In this document: positions 16,909-27,198 of the stretch, piece after piece | How positions within the stretch are numbered: position 1 is the first letter of the stretch | How the letters are laid out: every line of letters starts with the position of its first letter | Virus record (IMG/VR): IMGVR_UViG_3300035670_000085 | Coordinates: 35,897-99,896 of that record | Length of the DNA: 64,000 nucleotides | Strand: one strand, 5' to 3' | From: a virus | Position numbers and translations under genes: made by a program | Notes under the pieces: model-generated | Told to the model about the DNA's origin: nothing | Databases searched by the model: none | The model's input: only the letters and a program-made list of their open reading frames with translations

Positions 16909-18714
16909 TTATGGTTTGTATTCAAAAACATAATTACCACAATCCCAAATTCTATCCCAACCATTTTGTTGCATATTTTCCCACTCTGTTAACTCTTGAT
17001 TATAAAATTCTAGTAGATTTTTGAGTTTATGTTTTTGAAATTTAATACGAGAATATAAATTTATATAATCTTGCGTATAGAAATAATTAGGAGAGGATTC
17101 ATTTATAAGAATGAAATTATTTTTAAGATATACGTTTCCAATACTAAATCGTTTATCTGCATATGATATAAGTGATGTAGAATAGTTTTGAGTAAAATAT
17201 TTTAAGCATTTAGAAAATCCACCAATAACAGATATATTTAATTGAGAAGAAAATCGAATTAATTCATATTTATGTTTTTGTTTCTTATCAAATCTTGGTT
17301 TAGAAAATGAACAAACTTGAACTAGTTCATTATTAAAAAATAATCCAATATTTATACTTGCAATAATTCCTCCTTGTATGTGAGTTCTATTTAAAAATTC
17401 AATTGTAGTTGCATTATCTATTTCTTTTATAATACATTTCCTTGCATATATTTTGTTTTCAGATATTCCTATTTTAGTAAGGATTATCGATTTTACAATA
17501 TCTTTTTTTTCTATCCATTCTTTATCCCATATATGAATAACTTGAATATTTTTTTCTTTAAAGAAATTAGTTTTAATTAAGTGATAATTTTGTCTTTTAT
17601 TGCCCGCAATTTCACTATGATAATATATGCCATTTAATTCAATACCAATATTTTTTTCTGGTATATAAATATCAAGTTCATGATGATGCTTTCCTTTATA
17701 ATAAAATCTTTTATTTGGTACTATAGAAATATTTAATTGTTTTAACCAATCTTTAATTTCATTTTCGATTTTAGAGGTATGATATTTAGGAGAAAAGCAA
17801 TGCGTACAGCGTGGAATTTTTCCATCTCTTAATACAAAAGAAAATTCTTGATTACAAGTAAGACATAAAAATTTATAAGATTTTAAATTACCTTTATATT
17901 CTTCAATAGTAAAAAGAGGTTTAACATGTGTAAGATTTAAAATTACTCTTTGATAATATTTAGTATAATGTGTATGTTTACTTTTTTCAATAACTTCTGG
18001 ATTTTGAGAAGGAAAATCAACTCCACGTTTTAATTGATTTGTTTCTTTCATTTTAGTTTCATTATATGCATTAACAGAACCATGAAGTTTCATATTAGTA
18101 TCTTGTCTTTTTCTAATAATTTCTTTCCATTCATCTTCTGATTTATTTAATAATCCTTCACTTATTGCCTTACCATTACTCCCCATTCCATATTTGTCAT
18201 TACATGTTTCAATTCTTTTCTCAGAATTGTTATAATTTTCATCCCCATATCGTTCTTTTTTTATTTCCTTGTTCTTTATAGTAGCCCTCTCGTAAGCATT
18301 CAATCCATTTTCATCAACAGAATTTATTTTATTATTGTGTTTCTTTTGAGAAATTTCTAAAAGCTCCGATTCATTTTTTGATTTCCAAGTTTCTGCTGCT
18401 TTATCATATCCTGGATTTCCTCTGTCTTTTCGGGTTGCATGACTTTTTTTATTACGAGCTTTAATCATAGTATCATAATCTGAATCATAATTTTCTCGTT
18501 TTCTTTTTTCTTTACATTTACCATTTTTACAATAATGATTTTTTAGAAAACAACTCACAGATTTTATGATAAGAGTATTACACGGCGTGTGGATATATTC
18601 TATTTGTTTTGTGTTTAAATGGATAAGTTTATATTCATCAGTCAGTTCTAATTTTTCAATTAAAATTAAAGCTTTTTCAATTTTAAATGCAGTATGTTTT
18701 GCTAATTCTTTCAT
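16909..18714 (-). CDS. Hef-like homing endonuclease (repeats + Vsr-like PD-(D/E)XK domain + GNAT-like C-terminus)
   Basis: ERYG/DKYG repeats; CxxC pairs; ELDIYIP..IGIELNGIYYHS; KIYARKC...ELIRF...SYAD...RIWDCG. Confidence 0.75.
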   Translation of the reverse strand: MKELAKHTAFKIEKALILIEKLELTDEYKLIHLNTKQIEYIHTPCNTLIIKSVSCFLKNHYCKNGKCKEKRKRENYDSDYDTMIKARNKKSHATRKDRGNPGYDKAAETWKSKNESELLEISQKKHNNKINSVDENGLNAYERATIKNKEIKKERYGDENYNNSEKRIETCNDKYGMGSNGKAISEGLLNKSEDEWKEIIRKRQDTNMKLHGSVNAYNETKMKETNQLKRGVDFPSQNPEVIEKSKHTHYTKYYQRVILNLTHVKPLFTIEEYKGNLKSYKFLCLTCNQEFSFVLRDGKIPRCTHCFSPKYHTSKIENEIKDWLKQLNISIVPNKRFYYKGKHHHELDIYIPEKNIGIELNGIYYHSEIAGNKRQNYHLIKTNFFKEKNIQVIHIWDKEWIEKKDIVKSIILTKIGISENKIYARKCIIKEIDNATTIEFLNRTHIQGGIIASINIGLFFNNELVQVCSFSKPRFDKKQKHKYELIRFSSQLNISVIGGFSKCLKYFTQNYSTSLISYADKRFSIGNVYLKNNFILINESSPNYFYTQDYINLYSRIKFQKHKLKNLLEFYNQELTEWENMQQNGWDRIWDCGNYVFEYKP

Positions 18715-18777
18715 ATATATAATATACAAAATATCTAGAAAAAATTAACAACTTTTTTCAGAAATTTATAAAAAATA

Positions 18778-21700
18778 TCAAAGAGTTACTAAATTGCTTT
18801 TTTGCTGCATTTGCATTCTTCTAGCATCTTCTATATACAGTCTATAATCATCAGCTTCCCACATTACATACACTCTAACCTGTCCATCCTCTTTTGTTAA
18901 TACATTTTGAACAGTTTGGATATTATATTCTTTTTCTCCTACTTGAACATATTCTCCTATATGTGCTATAAGACTTTGAATAACTATTGTTTCTTTTACT
19001 TCTGGGTATTGTCCATCACGTTTGTATGGACTCATTAAATGACACACTGCTTTCATTTTGTCTCCTCCTCAGATATACATTCAATTACACCATATTCTGA
19101 ACATCGACACTTTTTCCATATACCAGAACGATTTAAAATTGATTCAAGAATTTTATCCTCTTCTAAAGTTTTTAGATTCTTCTAATTTTTTGTAATATTC
19201 TTTTTTTGCTTTATCCATTCTATTTCTCTTTTTCAATTTTTTATTTCTTTTTTAATACTTTATCTGGCTATAATATTTGCTATTATGGACACAATAAATC
19301 CTATTAGTACGATACAAAATATGTATATTATAATCGATATATAATATTCATAATCATAAGAGCGAACATCTTTAGCATAATCGAAGCAATTATTATATTT
19401 ATTTTTAATAAGCGGATCGTTATATGTCTTTTTTTCTTCAAAATGCTCCTTTTGTAGTGGAGACTCTTCAATATAATTTCCACGTACCCAAATACAGCAA
19501 TCAGGGTTGCCGTCAAGATTACGAAAATAATGTTTGCATTCCTTACAATATACTTTTTTCATATTTTATTCCCCTTTTTTTGTATACTTTGTTTCTGATG
19601 GAATTTCTTTAACTTCTATTTCTAAATACTTTTCAAGCAATTCAATTTTTTTGTTTAATTTTTTAACAATAGTTTCTAAATTTCCATTTTTTGTTTCTAA
19701 GCAAAAACAAGTATCTAATAAAAAATCTATAATATTAGATTTACTGTAAGTACTTTGAAAAGTACCTATGTATTCTCCACCTCCACGCATATAATTCTGT
19801 TCTTCTATTCTGAGAATTCCTTCAATAGCTTTAATCTTTTCTTTTACGTTCATTTTGTTACCTTTCTTGTTAATTTTTTTACTTAACCCATGAAATTCTT
19901 GTAAGCTTGCTATCCGATCCATTAAACCAATACTCAATCCTAAACCCATTTGACTCTAGCGTAAGTTCAATTGCATGATCAACAAGATAGTCAAGCTTAA
20001 CAAAAAACTCTCCAGCATTAACCGCATCTGATATTTTAATCATTATAGCTTGGTACTCCTCAGATTCTTCAACAGAAGTAAGAGTTCTACACCTACATAC
20101 ACTAGCTGATAATTTTATTGTCATTTTACTACCTCATTTATAAAATACTTGCTCAATGCTCTTATTATAGCATTTTCTAACTCCTCTTCATGTAGTTCAA
20201 AATAAAAATTATCTTCAGACCATGCCTCTTTTTTTATTTCAATAATTATGTCATTTAATAAAGATTGTGCATCTGGACCAACAAAAATGTTTGATCTCTT
20301 ATCAAAACTATTCTCTTTCTGATCGAAGTACTCTTCTTTATTCATCTTATTACCTCCTCTTGTTTACTTATTTTTCCGCATTTTTCGCAAAATATTACAA
20401 CTGTTCTAATTGTATCTTTAACTGTCCTTGTATTACCAGAATGATGAGCTAATGGTTCCCTTATGCTTTTATAAATTTCAGACTCTGTTACTACTGAAAT
20501 AAACTTATGTTTACACTCTGATGATTGTATTGTCATTTTATTGCCTCACTTTTATTTAAAAAAATCTTTATTGAAAATAATACAGGTAGCCACTTATTTA
20601 GAAACTATGTTTTTTAATCTTTTAACCTCCTCTTCAAGCTCTTCTATTATATAATCTTTTGATTTAGTTCTGTAGGGAAAGCATCTCATATCAGGCTTTA
20701 ATGTTTTCCCTGCTGTATTACCTTTAATAATATCTCCTATCTTTAATTCATTTGGGCCACCATGTAAAAAAGGTTCGGCTATAGCACCAATAACTGCTCC
20801 TATAATAAGGCTTTGAATACTAAATCCAGACATTAAAAGGCCCGCTATACCAAAAACAAAAGCCCCAGCCAAAGAACCCTCTTTTGTGTAACCCTGACAT
20901 TTTTCTTTACTCATTTTATTGCCTCACTTTTTTAATGATTTTCTGTTTTTAAAAGTTCAGTATCATTTTATTGTCCTTCTTTGTTGTATACTTCTAATTA
21001 TCAATTATAAGAAAATGTGATATATCTTTAGAATCAAAATAAGGTATAACCGGAGTAGATCCTTTGAATTTTGCTACTATTTTAGGATCACAATTGACTC
21101 CATTTTCACCCATAATAAATATTTCTGTATCCATTACTTCATCTGGTAAATTATTAATAGCTAATTTAAAATCATATAGTTTCATTTTATTCCTCCTTTA
21201 ATCTCTTTTTAAGTCGTCTATTTCAAATCAATCTAGACACTGGCCGACGTTGTATTTTGAAGAATACAACCCACAATTATTAAGTGCGTTTATCTTATAA
21301 GGATCTCCATATTTTGCTATTGCTCTTTCTATAGGGGTGTCATGCATTTCAACTACATTAGGATGCTTGCAACGATGTTCACATGGCGTTGAATTAAGTG
21401 ATTGATACCGATAGTGTATACAATCTTTACAGTAAACTTTTTTAGTACTCATTTTATTTCTCCTAAATTTTTCTATTTGTTTTTCATCTATATTATTACT
21501 TTATTTTTTATTCATTGTTTTTCTCTAATTTCTATCGAAAATTCGGGTACACAATACATACTTAAAACCCCTCCATGAGAATTCAGGCGGTATTTAACCA
21601 CATAACCTTTTGCTTCACATTTTTGTGAATAATCCAAAACATATTCTGGCGTATAACCACAAGAACAGAATAATAAACTAAAACTAATTAAAATGACAAT

Positions 21701-22256
21701 AATTACTTTTTTCATATTTTACCTCTTTATTTTTTAAACTTAATTAGTGCTTCTTTAGACACGATCATTTCTAATGGGACATATTTTGATAACGCTTCAT
21801 ATATTTTATACCTTTCATGCATACATCTTTAATTTAATTATTGGCATTTTTATTTTCCTCTTCAATCTGTTTTAAAATTTGTCTATATTGTTCATCAGTT
21901 AAATCATTTTTATTTGAATATTCTTTAGCGTGTTTCGTTAGCCATTCTGGCCCTCCGGCAACACAAGGATATTTTACATTACAATATTTACAATCAAGCC
22001 CTTTCGTTGGATCTTTACCCTCTTTCAAACAGGCTTTCACATATAAACAAGTTTTAAAATGTTTACATTCTTTAATGTTATTGCCTTCTTTAATATAATA
22101 TAATATCTTTAGCTTAATACAATTACACTCATTGTCGTGTACATCCTCTTTTACTTTATTAAGATCTTCTTGTATGATATAATCAACTCCAGTAGCTTGT
22201 TTAATCATATCATTTTTAAGTTGTAAAAACCTAATAAGCCATTGTTTTGATGTCAT
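18778..22256 (-). CDS. Cluster of small early hypothetical genes (18778-19056, 19260-19562, 19566-19853, 19879-20124, 20121-20345, 20342-20536, 20594-20914, 20994-21185, 21228-21452, 21512-21715, 21727-21822, 21834-22256)
   Basis: Tightly packed co-oriented ORFs with GAGG/GGAG SD sites; several Cys-rich or membrane-anchored. Confidence 0.7.
21512..21715 (-). CDS. Putative small lipoprotein
   Basis: MKK, hydrophobic stretch, then LFCSC lipobox-like site. Confidence 0.5.
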   Translation of the reverse strand: MKKVIIVILISFSLLFCSCGYTPEYVLDYSQKCEAKGYVVKYRLNSHGGVLSMYCVPEFSIEIREKQ

Positions 22257-22474
22257 TTTATACCTTCTATTATTATTCTCTTAAGGTTACATAAGTTGCC
22301 ACAAAAAAAGCAATGAAAAATAAAACTAAAAATGGTATTGGTCCTGCAACATGAACAAAATACGTTGAAACAATTGCTACAACAGATACTGTAAGTAAAA
22401 GCGCTATGATTTTTAAAATAGTTTTCATTTTGTCCCTGCCTTAAATTAACTATTATAATACTTCCCTAAAAAAG

Positions 22475-22984
22475 TCAAGCACTTTTTTCATCATTTTTAA
22501 AAATAAACCATTTAGGAACTGGCCTTTTTGTCCATTTTGCTATATGTTGCTTCTCGCCGATGTAATAGTTTCTATATGCTTGTACAGGATCATTACATCT
22601 ATACTGATCTGGCATACACTGGACAAAAGGGGTACGTTCAAGTTGATCAAAAGTATACATAGTTGTTGTAGTGCTTACACTATTTAGAAACTCTGTAATT
22701 TTTATAAAAGATAGATGACTTGTACACTTATTATAACGAAATTCATATTCAGCATTTAAAGAGTATAGCAGATCTACTAAATATTCAAAATTACCAAAAG
22801 ATTTACCTGCCCACTTAACGCATGGATGATTTTTATGTGTTGATTTATATGGTGCATTAAAACCCTTCTCGTTAAGCACGGTACACAAAATTTGTGATGT
22901 TTCTAGTATCATTTTTATACAGTGTCTATTATTGTAATATGACACGCTTTTTTCAATGTTGTTGTCTAGTATAAATATGTTCAT
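22475..22984 (-). CDS. Pyrimidine-dimer DNA glycosylase / endonuclease V family protein
   Basis: MNIFILD, H-x2-KMILE-x2-Q, YKSTH-x-NHP, QCMPD, AYRNYY, W-x2-R-x2-P-x-W. Confidence 0.85.
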   Translation of the reverse strand: MNIFILDNNIEKSVSYYNNRHCIKMILETSQILCTVLNEKGFNAPYKSTHKNHPCVKWAGKSFGNFEYLVDLLYSLNAEYEFRYNKCTSHLSFIKITEFLNSVSTTTTMYTFDQLERTPFVQCMPDQYRCNDPVQAYRNYYIGEKQHIAKWTKRPVPKWFIFKNDEKSA

Positions 22985-23183
22985 ACGTTTTTTTCCTTAT
23001 ATTTTACTTGAACATAATAAAAATCCAGTGTCTCAGAAATACAATTCAATTTTGAGTTATATTTTTCTTCTTCACATTTTGCCCCTTTATCAAAAAAGTA
23101 GCATTTCAAACATGGTGCGCCATCAGTTGGATCAGCAAGTTTCTTTTTAAGATAAATTTTCATATCACTATTCCTATATATAC

Positions 23184-23212
23184 AATATAATATATTTACC
23201 CAAAAAATACAA
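23184..23212 (-). promoter_or_regulatory. Sigma70-like early promoter TTGTAT-N17-TATATT
   Basis: 17-nt spacer; shares an upstream element with the 25323 and 61282 promoters. Confidence 0.65.
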
Positions 23213-23292
23213 TACTTTTTTTTTAAATTATGAAAAAAAGTTAAATTTTTTATTGTACTTATAATTACAAATTACTATTAAAATTTATATAC

Positions 23293-23976
23293 TCATTTTA
23301 TATTATAAATTTTTTGTGCAATTTTCCTTTTTAATCCAGTAACATATGCTTGAGATTTTTTCATCTCTTTAGCTATATCTTTTTGAACCCATCCATCAAG
23401 AAGTTTTTCTACAAGAAACATTTCTGCTTCGTTGAGAGTTTTTAATTTAGAGTTAAAATCTATTTCATCACATAGCTTTTGAGTGAAATCTTCTTTGGTG
23501 GCTCTAGTAATTCTTTCCACTGTTTTTTGAAAGATATTATTAACACGAGAACTTGTAGCATCTCCCATCACATCATCAAAGTAACATTCACTCACTCCGT
23601 ACTTATAAATTCTATTCCTATTTCCAACATAATCAATTCTAAGTGACATATATGTTTGATAGAACATTTTATTTGTTTTATAACTATGATCTATTCTATT
23701 AATATCAATTTTAGTATTCATATTTTCAAGCATTCTATATTGTAACTCTTCTTTATAATCTTCAACATCTCTACTTCCATCATATGTGTGAAATTCTTTC
23801 CATAATTTAAATGCATATACATCAATAACATCTTTATGTCGATTATTTAATTCTACTATAGCTTTTTGACACATACCACAACTTTTATTAATATTATTTC
23901 CGGGACATTTTTGGCAACGATACATTTTTATCAATTCTTTGTCTGGCATTGTTGTCAAATCAGTATAATAATTCAT
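23293..23976 (-). CDS. Sigma70-family sigma factor-like protein
   Basis: N-terminal D-x-ELI, region-2-like ED-x2-EEL, and region-4 HTH LNEAE...GWVQKDIAKEMKKSQAYV. Confidence 0.7.
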   Translation of the reverse strand: MNYYTDLTTMPDKELIKMYRCQKCPGNNINKSCGMCQKAIVELNNRHKDVIDVYAFKLWKEFHTYDGSRDVEDYKEELQYRMLENMNTKIDINRIDHSYKTNKMFYQTYMSLRIDYVGNRNRIYKYGVSECYFDDVMGDATSSRVNNIFQKTVERITRATKEDFTQKLCDEIDFNSKLKTLNEAEMFLVEKLLDGWVQKDIAKEMKKSQAYVTGLKRKIAQKIYNIK

Positions 23977-23985
23977 ATGATCTCC

Positions 23986-24522
23986 TTATAGTGTTATTAG
24001 TTCAAAAGTTCTATAAATATTTGAATTCTTTCCATCAATAAACATATCATAATTAATCAAATCCATCTCTTCTTTCAATTGCTCATCAAACTCATAACGA
24101 GCATAACCATTATTAAATATCCATTCACATATTTTTTCATCAGATTCAAATTTCTTTAAATTTTCTAAAAAAATTTTCTTATCTTTTTGAGTTAATATTT
24201 TCATTTCATTATCAGATAAAGTTGTTGCTGTATATCCTCCATATTTTTTTGTATTTCTGTCTGGTCTCCAATGCACTTGAATTCCAAAACTTTTTTCTTT
24301 AGAATACCACAAATATCTATCTTCGATATTTGTTTTTTTATTGTCAATAAGCCAATCTATTCCTTTTTTAAGTAAATTTTCATATACTGTAATATCCTCT
24401 CCAACTCTTTCATGATACCTGACAACAGAATGTTCTGTATCATAAATAAAATATCCTTTATATGTCAAGACTTTTTTAAAATATTCTTTTATAGGAAATA
24501 ATGGTTCATATCGAGTTACCAT
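23986..24522 (-). CDS. Hypothetical protein with a divergent leader-like N-terminus
   Basis: MVTRYEPLFPIKE; H-x3-RY-x-ER motif. Confidence 0.5.
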   Translation of the reverse strand: MVTRYEPLFPIKEYFKKVLTYKGYFIYDTEHSVVRYHERVGEDITVYENLLKKGIDWLIDNKKTNIEDRYLWYSKEKSFGIQVHWRPDRNTKKYGGYTATTLSDNEMKILTQKDKKIFLENLKKFESDEKICEWIFNNGYARYEFDEQLKEEMDLINYDMFIDGKNSNIYRTFELITL

Positions 24523-25290
24523 ATTTCCTCCGCTACAATCTCATCACGACATGTTAGATATCGACCAGTAATATAAAAATCTGACCTATTATAATTTGTT
24601 TTCCAGACTTCATTACAATCGATAATACCAGTAATAATATTTTCAGCAGTATCGATCCATTTAGTAGAACTGAATTTTGAATTACAAACCTCAAAAGTAT
24701 GTGTCATTTTACTACTCATTGTTACTCTCCTTTTTCTTCTTTATTATTACATTCCTCTTCTTCATTATCATAATCATCTTCTTCCCAATAAATCTCATCC
24801 CCTTTAGTAAAAATCATTTCATATATTTCTTCTTCCATAATATCTAGCAAATCTTCTGGAACTTCCATAAAAAATACTTGATTTTTCATAAAATAAAAAT
24901 GAACTATGTATTCATCAAATTCAGGATCATCTCCACAATCTGAAAATAACGGACTGTCCGGATTATTACATGGTGGAGCCGGTCTTGTTGGAGTAAATCC
25001 TTTAACTTGAATAAGTACATCAAAATTTCCATTATCTAATTTCAAAGAGGAAATAAAATCAAAATCTAATTTTTTCATTATTTTACCCTTATTATTTTAT
25101 TTTCGATATTAGCTATTTGACTTTTAATAGCTATGAGATTCTTTTTTAAGGATGGCAAAATACTCCCATAATATTCTTGCATATAAGGAGAAGTAGCATA
25201 GGCTTTTTCTCCTCTTGCATATTCTCTTGCATCATTATAAATAGCAGTATGTTTATCAAGCATTTTGTATAATTTGATTAAATCAGTCAT
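24516..25290 (-). CDS. Three small hypothetical genes (24516-24719, 24722-25078, 25078-25290)
   Basis: Coupled ORFs downstream of an early promoter. Confidence 0.65.
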
Positions 25291-25322
25291 ATTAATTCTC
25301 CTTAATCTAATCTAATATATAC

Positions 25323-25351
25323 AATATAATATAATATATAAAAAATGTAAA
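25323..25351 (-). promoter_or_regulatory. Sigma70-like early promoter TTTACA-N17-TATATT
   Basis: 17-nt spacer; same flanks as the 23184 promoter. Confidence 0.65.
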
Positions 25352-25443
25352 CAACTTTTTTATAAAAATAAAAAAAAGTTCAATTTTTTAGTGTAAATTG
25401 AACTTAAAGATTGATATAAAAATTTTTATATATTAAATAAAAA

Positions 25444-25782
25444 TTATTCAATTCCGCATTGAATAGGTCTTCCATATTCATCGAGTTTATACATAACATT
25501 TAGAATCATTTGTTTTTCTGTTTGAGTATGCTTTTTACCATTTTTTATTATTGTAGACGTAACAACATACATAACTTGATTATTTTGACATACTTCAATC
25601 ATTGATACATTTGATTCTAGAATAGCACTAACATCTTGATACATTAGATCTGGATAATTTTTTTCCTCCACAGTATTATTAGTCACATTAGTTATTTTTT
25701 TATTTCCTGTATCATCATCACAGGAGAAATACAAAAAAGATAAACACACTACAATAAAACATAGAAAAATTTGTTTAATCAT
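25444..25782 (-). CDS. Putative lipoprotein
   Basis: Signal peptide ending LYFSC-DDD; VC-x-N...P-x2-C as in 61018-61275. Confidence 0.55.
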   Translation of the reverse strand: MIKQIFLCFIVVCLSFLYFSCDDDTGNKKITNVTNNTVEEKNYPDLMYQDVSAILESNVSMIEVCQNNQVMYVVTSTIIKNGKKHTQTEKQMILNVMYKLDEYGRPIQCGIE

Positions 25783-26228
25783 TCGACCTCCTTAATATAT
25801 TTAACTTTATTTTTAATAAAAATTTCAATAGCAGTTTGATAAGTATTTTCTCCCAAAATATGAAAAATTAAATTAAGATACATATCAGCATATTCTATAC
25901 CATGGGGAGCAATATCTCTATCAAAATAAATTCTATCACAAATTCCATGTGCTATTTCATGTAAAATTGTTGCTTGATTTTTAGACCATTTAGGAAGTTT
26001 CATAGCTATTGTATAATTATCTTCCAACCACCCATATGCTACATTTCCTTTACTGCAATAAACATGAATGTGTTTTATATTGAATTTTTTAAACCATTTA
26101 TTAGCAAGAATTTCATTAAGAAAAATTTGTATTTCCGATAAATTTTTATAAAATTTCAATTCAGATTTATATTTCCGTCTGAATTGCCTATCAGAGTCAT
26201 ATATTTTTTGTCTTTGAAAGTCTCTCAT
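25779..26228 (-). CDS. SprT-like zinc metallopeptidase
   Basis: TILHEIAH...APHG-x-EY. Confidence 0.7.
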   Translation of the reverse strand: MRDFQRQKIYDSDRQFRRKYKSELKFYKNLSEIQIFLNEILANKWFKKFNIKHIHVYCSKGNVAYGWLEDNYTIAMKLPKWSKNQATILHEIAHGICDRIYFDRDIAPHGIEYADMYLNLIFHILGENTYQTAIEIFIKNKVKYIKEVE

Positions 26229-26527
26229 ATTTTATATAATTCATTTAATCTTTTTAAATATGAAGTTGCTCCTGTATCTCCACTTGTATACCATTCTAAT
26301 TCTTTAGCTCTAATAGCTAATTGTCTCAAATCAACAATAAATCTCTTCACTTCATCAAGAATAATTTCTCGTTCCTCATCTGTAGCATCTGATAACAAAT
26401 CATATTTATGATCTGTATCATTCCCATACTTTTCACATATTACTCCATCATTAATAAAATCTCTTTCAATTTCATCTGCAAGATATTCTAAATATCTATA
26501 TTGATATTGATAGTGTCCACCACTCAT
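26225..26527 (-). CDS. Hypothetical protein, paralog of 28408-28887
   Basis: MSGGHYQYQYRYLE-x-LADEIERDF shared. Confidence 0.75.
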   Translation of the reverse strand: MSGGHYQYQYRYLEYLADEIERDFINDGVICEKYGNDTDHKYDLLSDATDEEREIILDEVKRFIVDLRQLAIRAKELEWYTSGDTGATSYLKRLNELYKI

Positions 26528-26529
26528 TG

Positions 26530-27198
26530 TTATATTTCCTCCAATATTACATCCCTCAATTTTAGTTGATTCTTTATTTGAACCATAAAAAATATACCCG
26601 GATCTTTCTTAATAGTTCGCATATCACTTTTTTCTTTCCATAAATCAGTTTTTTCGAACTTTCTATACTCATAATGTCCAATAACATATTTAATAGTCGG
26701 ATATTTTGAAATTAAGTATTCACATAGTTGTACATTTGCAATCATTTGTTCTTGTGTCAAATCATTATATCCAATATTCTCTATTCCAATAGAGCACCAA
26801 TCTAGTCCTATACAATGTCTTCCAATTAACAAATCTGGCATAAGTCTATAAACAGTTCCATCTCGATCAATAATAAATTGAGTACCAACATTTAATCTTC
26901 CATATCTTCGTATATAATTCCAAGATTTATAGTAACGACCTCTTAAAGAATCATCAAAAAAATATTCACGTATATTATCAACAGAATTACTATGATAACG
27001 AGATTCTGTACTGTGAATAACAATAATTTTAGGATCTATTTGAACTTGTGCTTTTCCATATCTAATTCTTGTGTATTCTTTGATGTTTTTAATACGTTGT
27101 TCTGTTACTGGAATAGATTTATCCTCAATAATCAAAGTATCATTTGTTATTGAAGATAAAAATAAGATAGAACTTAAAATAATTAAATACGGTTTCAT
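26530..27198 (-). CDS. N-acetylmuramoyl-L-alanine amidase (Amidase_2) with N-terminal signal/anchor
   Basis: IIVIHST, FIIDRDGTVYRL, HCIG, SIGIEN, IGHYE, KKDPG. Confidence 0.85.
   Translation of the reverse strand: MKPYLIILSSILFLSSITNDTLIIEDKSIPVTEQRIKNIKEYTRIRYGKAQVQIDPKIIVIHSTESRYHSNSVDNIREYFFDDSLRGRYYKSWNYIRRYGRLNVGTQFIIDRDGTVYRLMPDLLIGRHCIGLDWCSIGIENIGYNDLTQEQMIANVQLCEYLISKYPTIKYVIGHYEYRKFEKTDLWKEKSDMRTIKKDPGIFFMVQIKNQLKLRDVILEEI

Noticed and set aside
22452-22478. Sigma70 promoter TTGACT...TATAAT on the minus strand
   Set aside because: Spacer is only 15 nt; not called.
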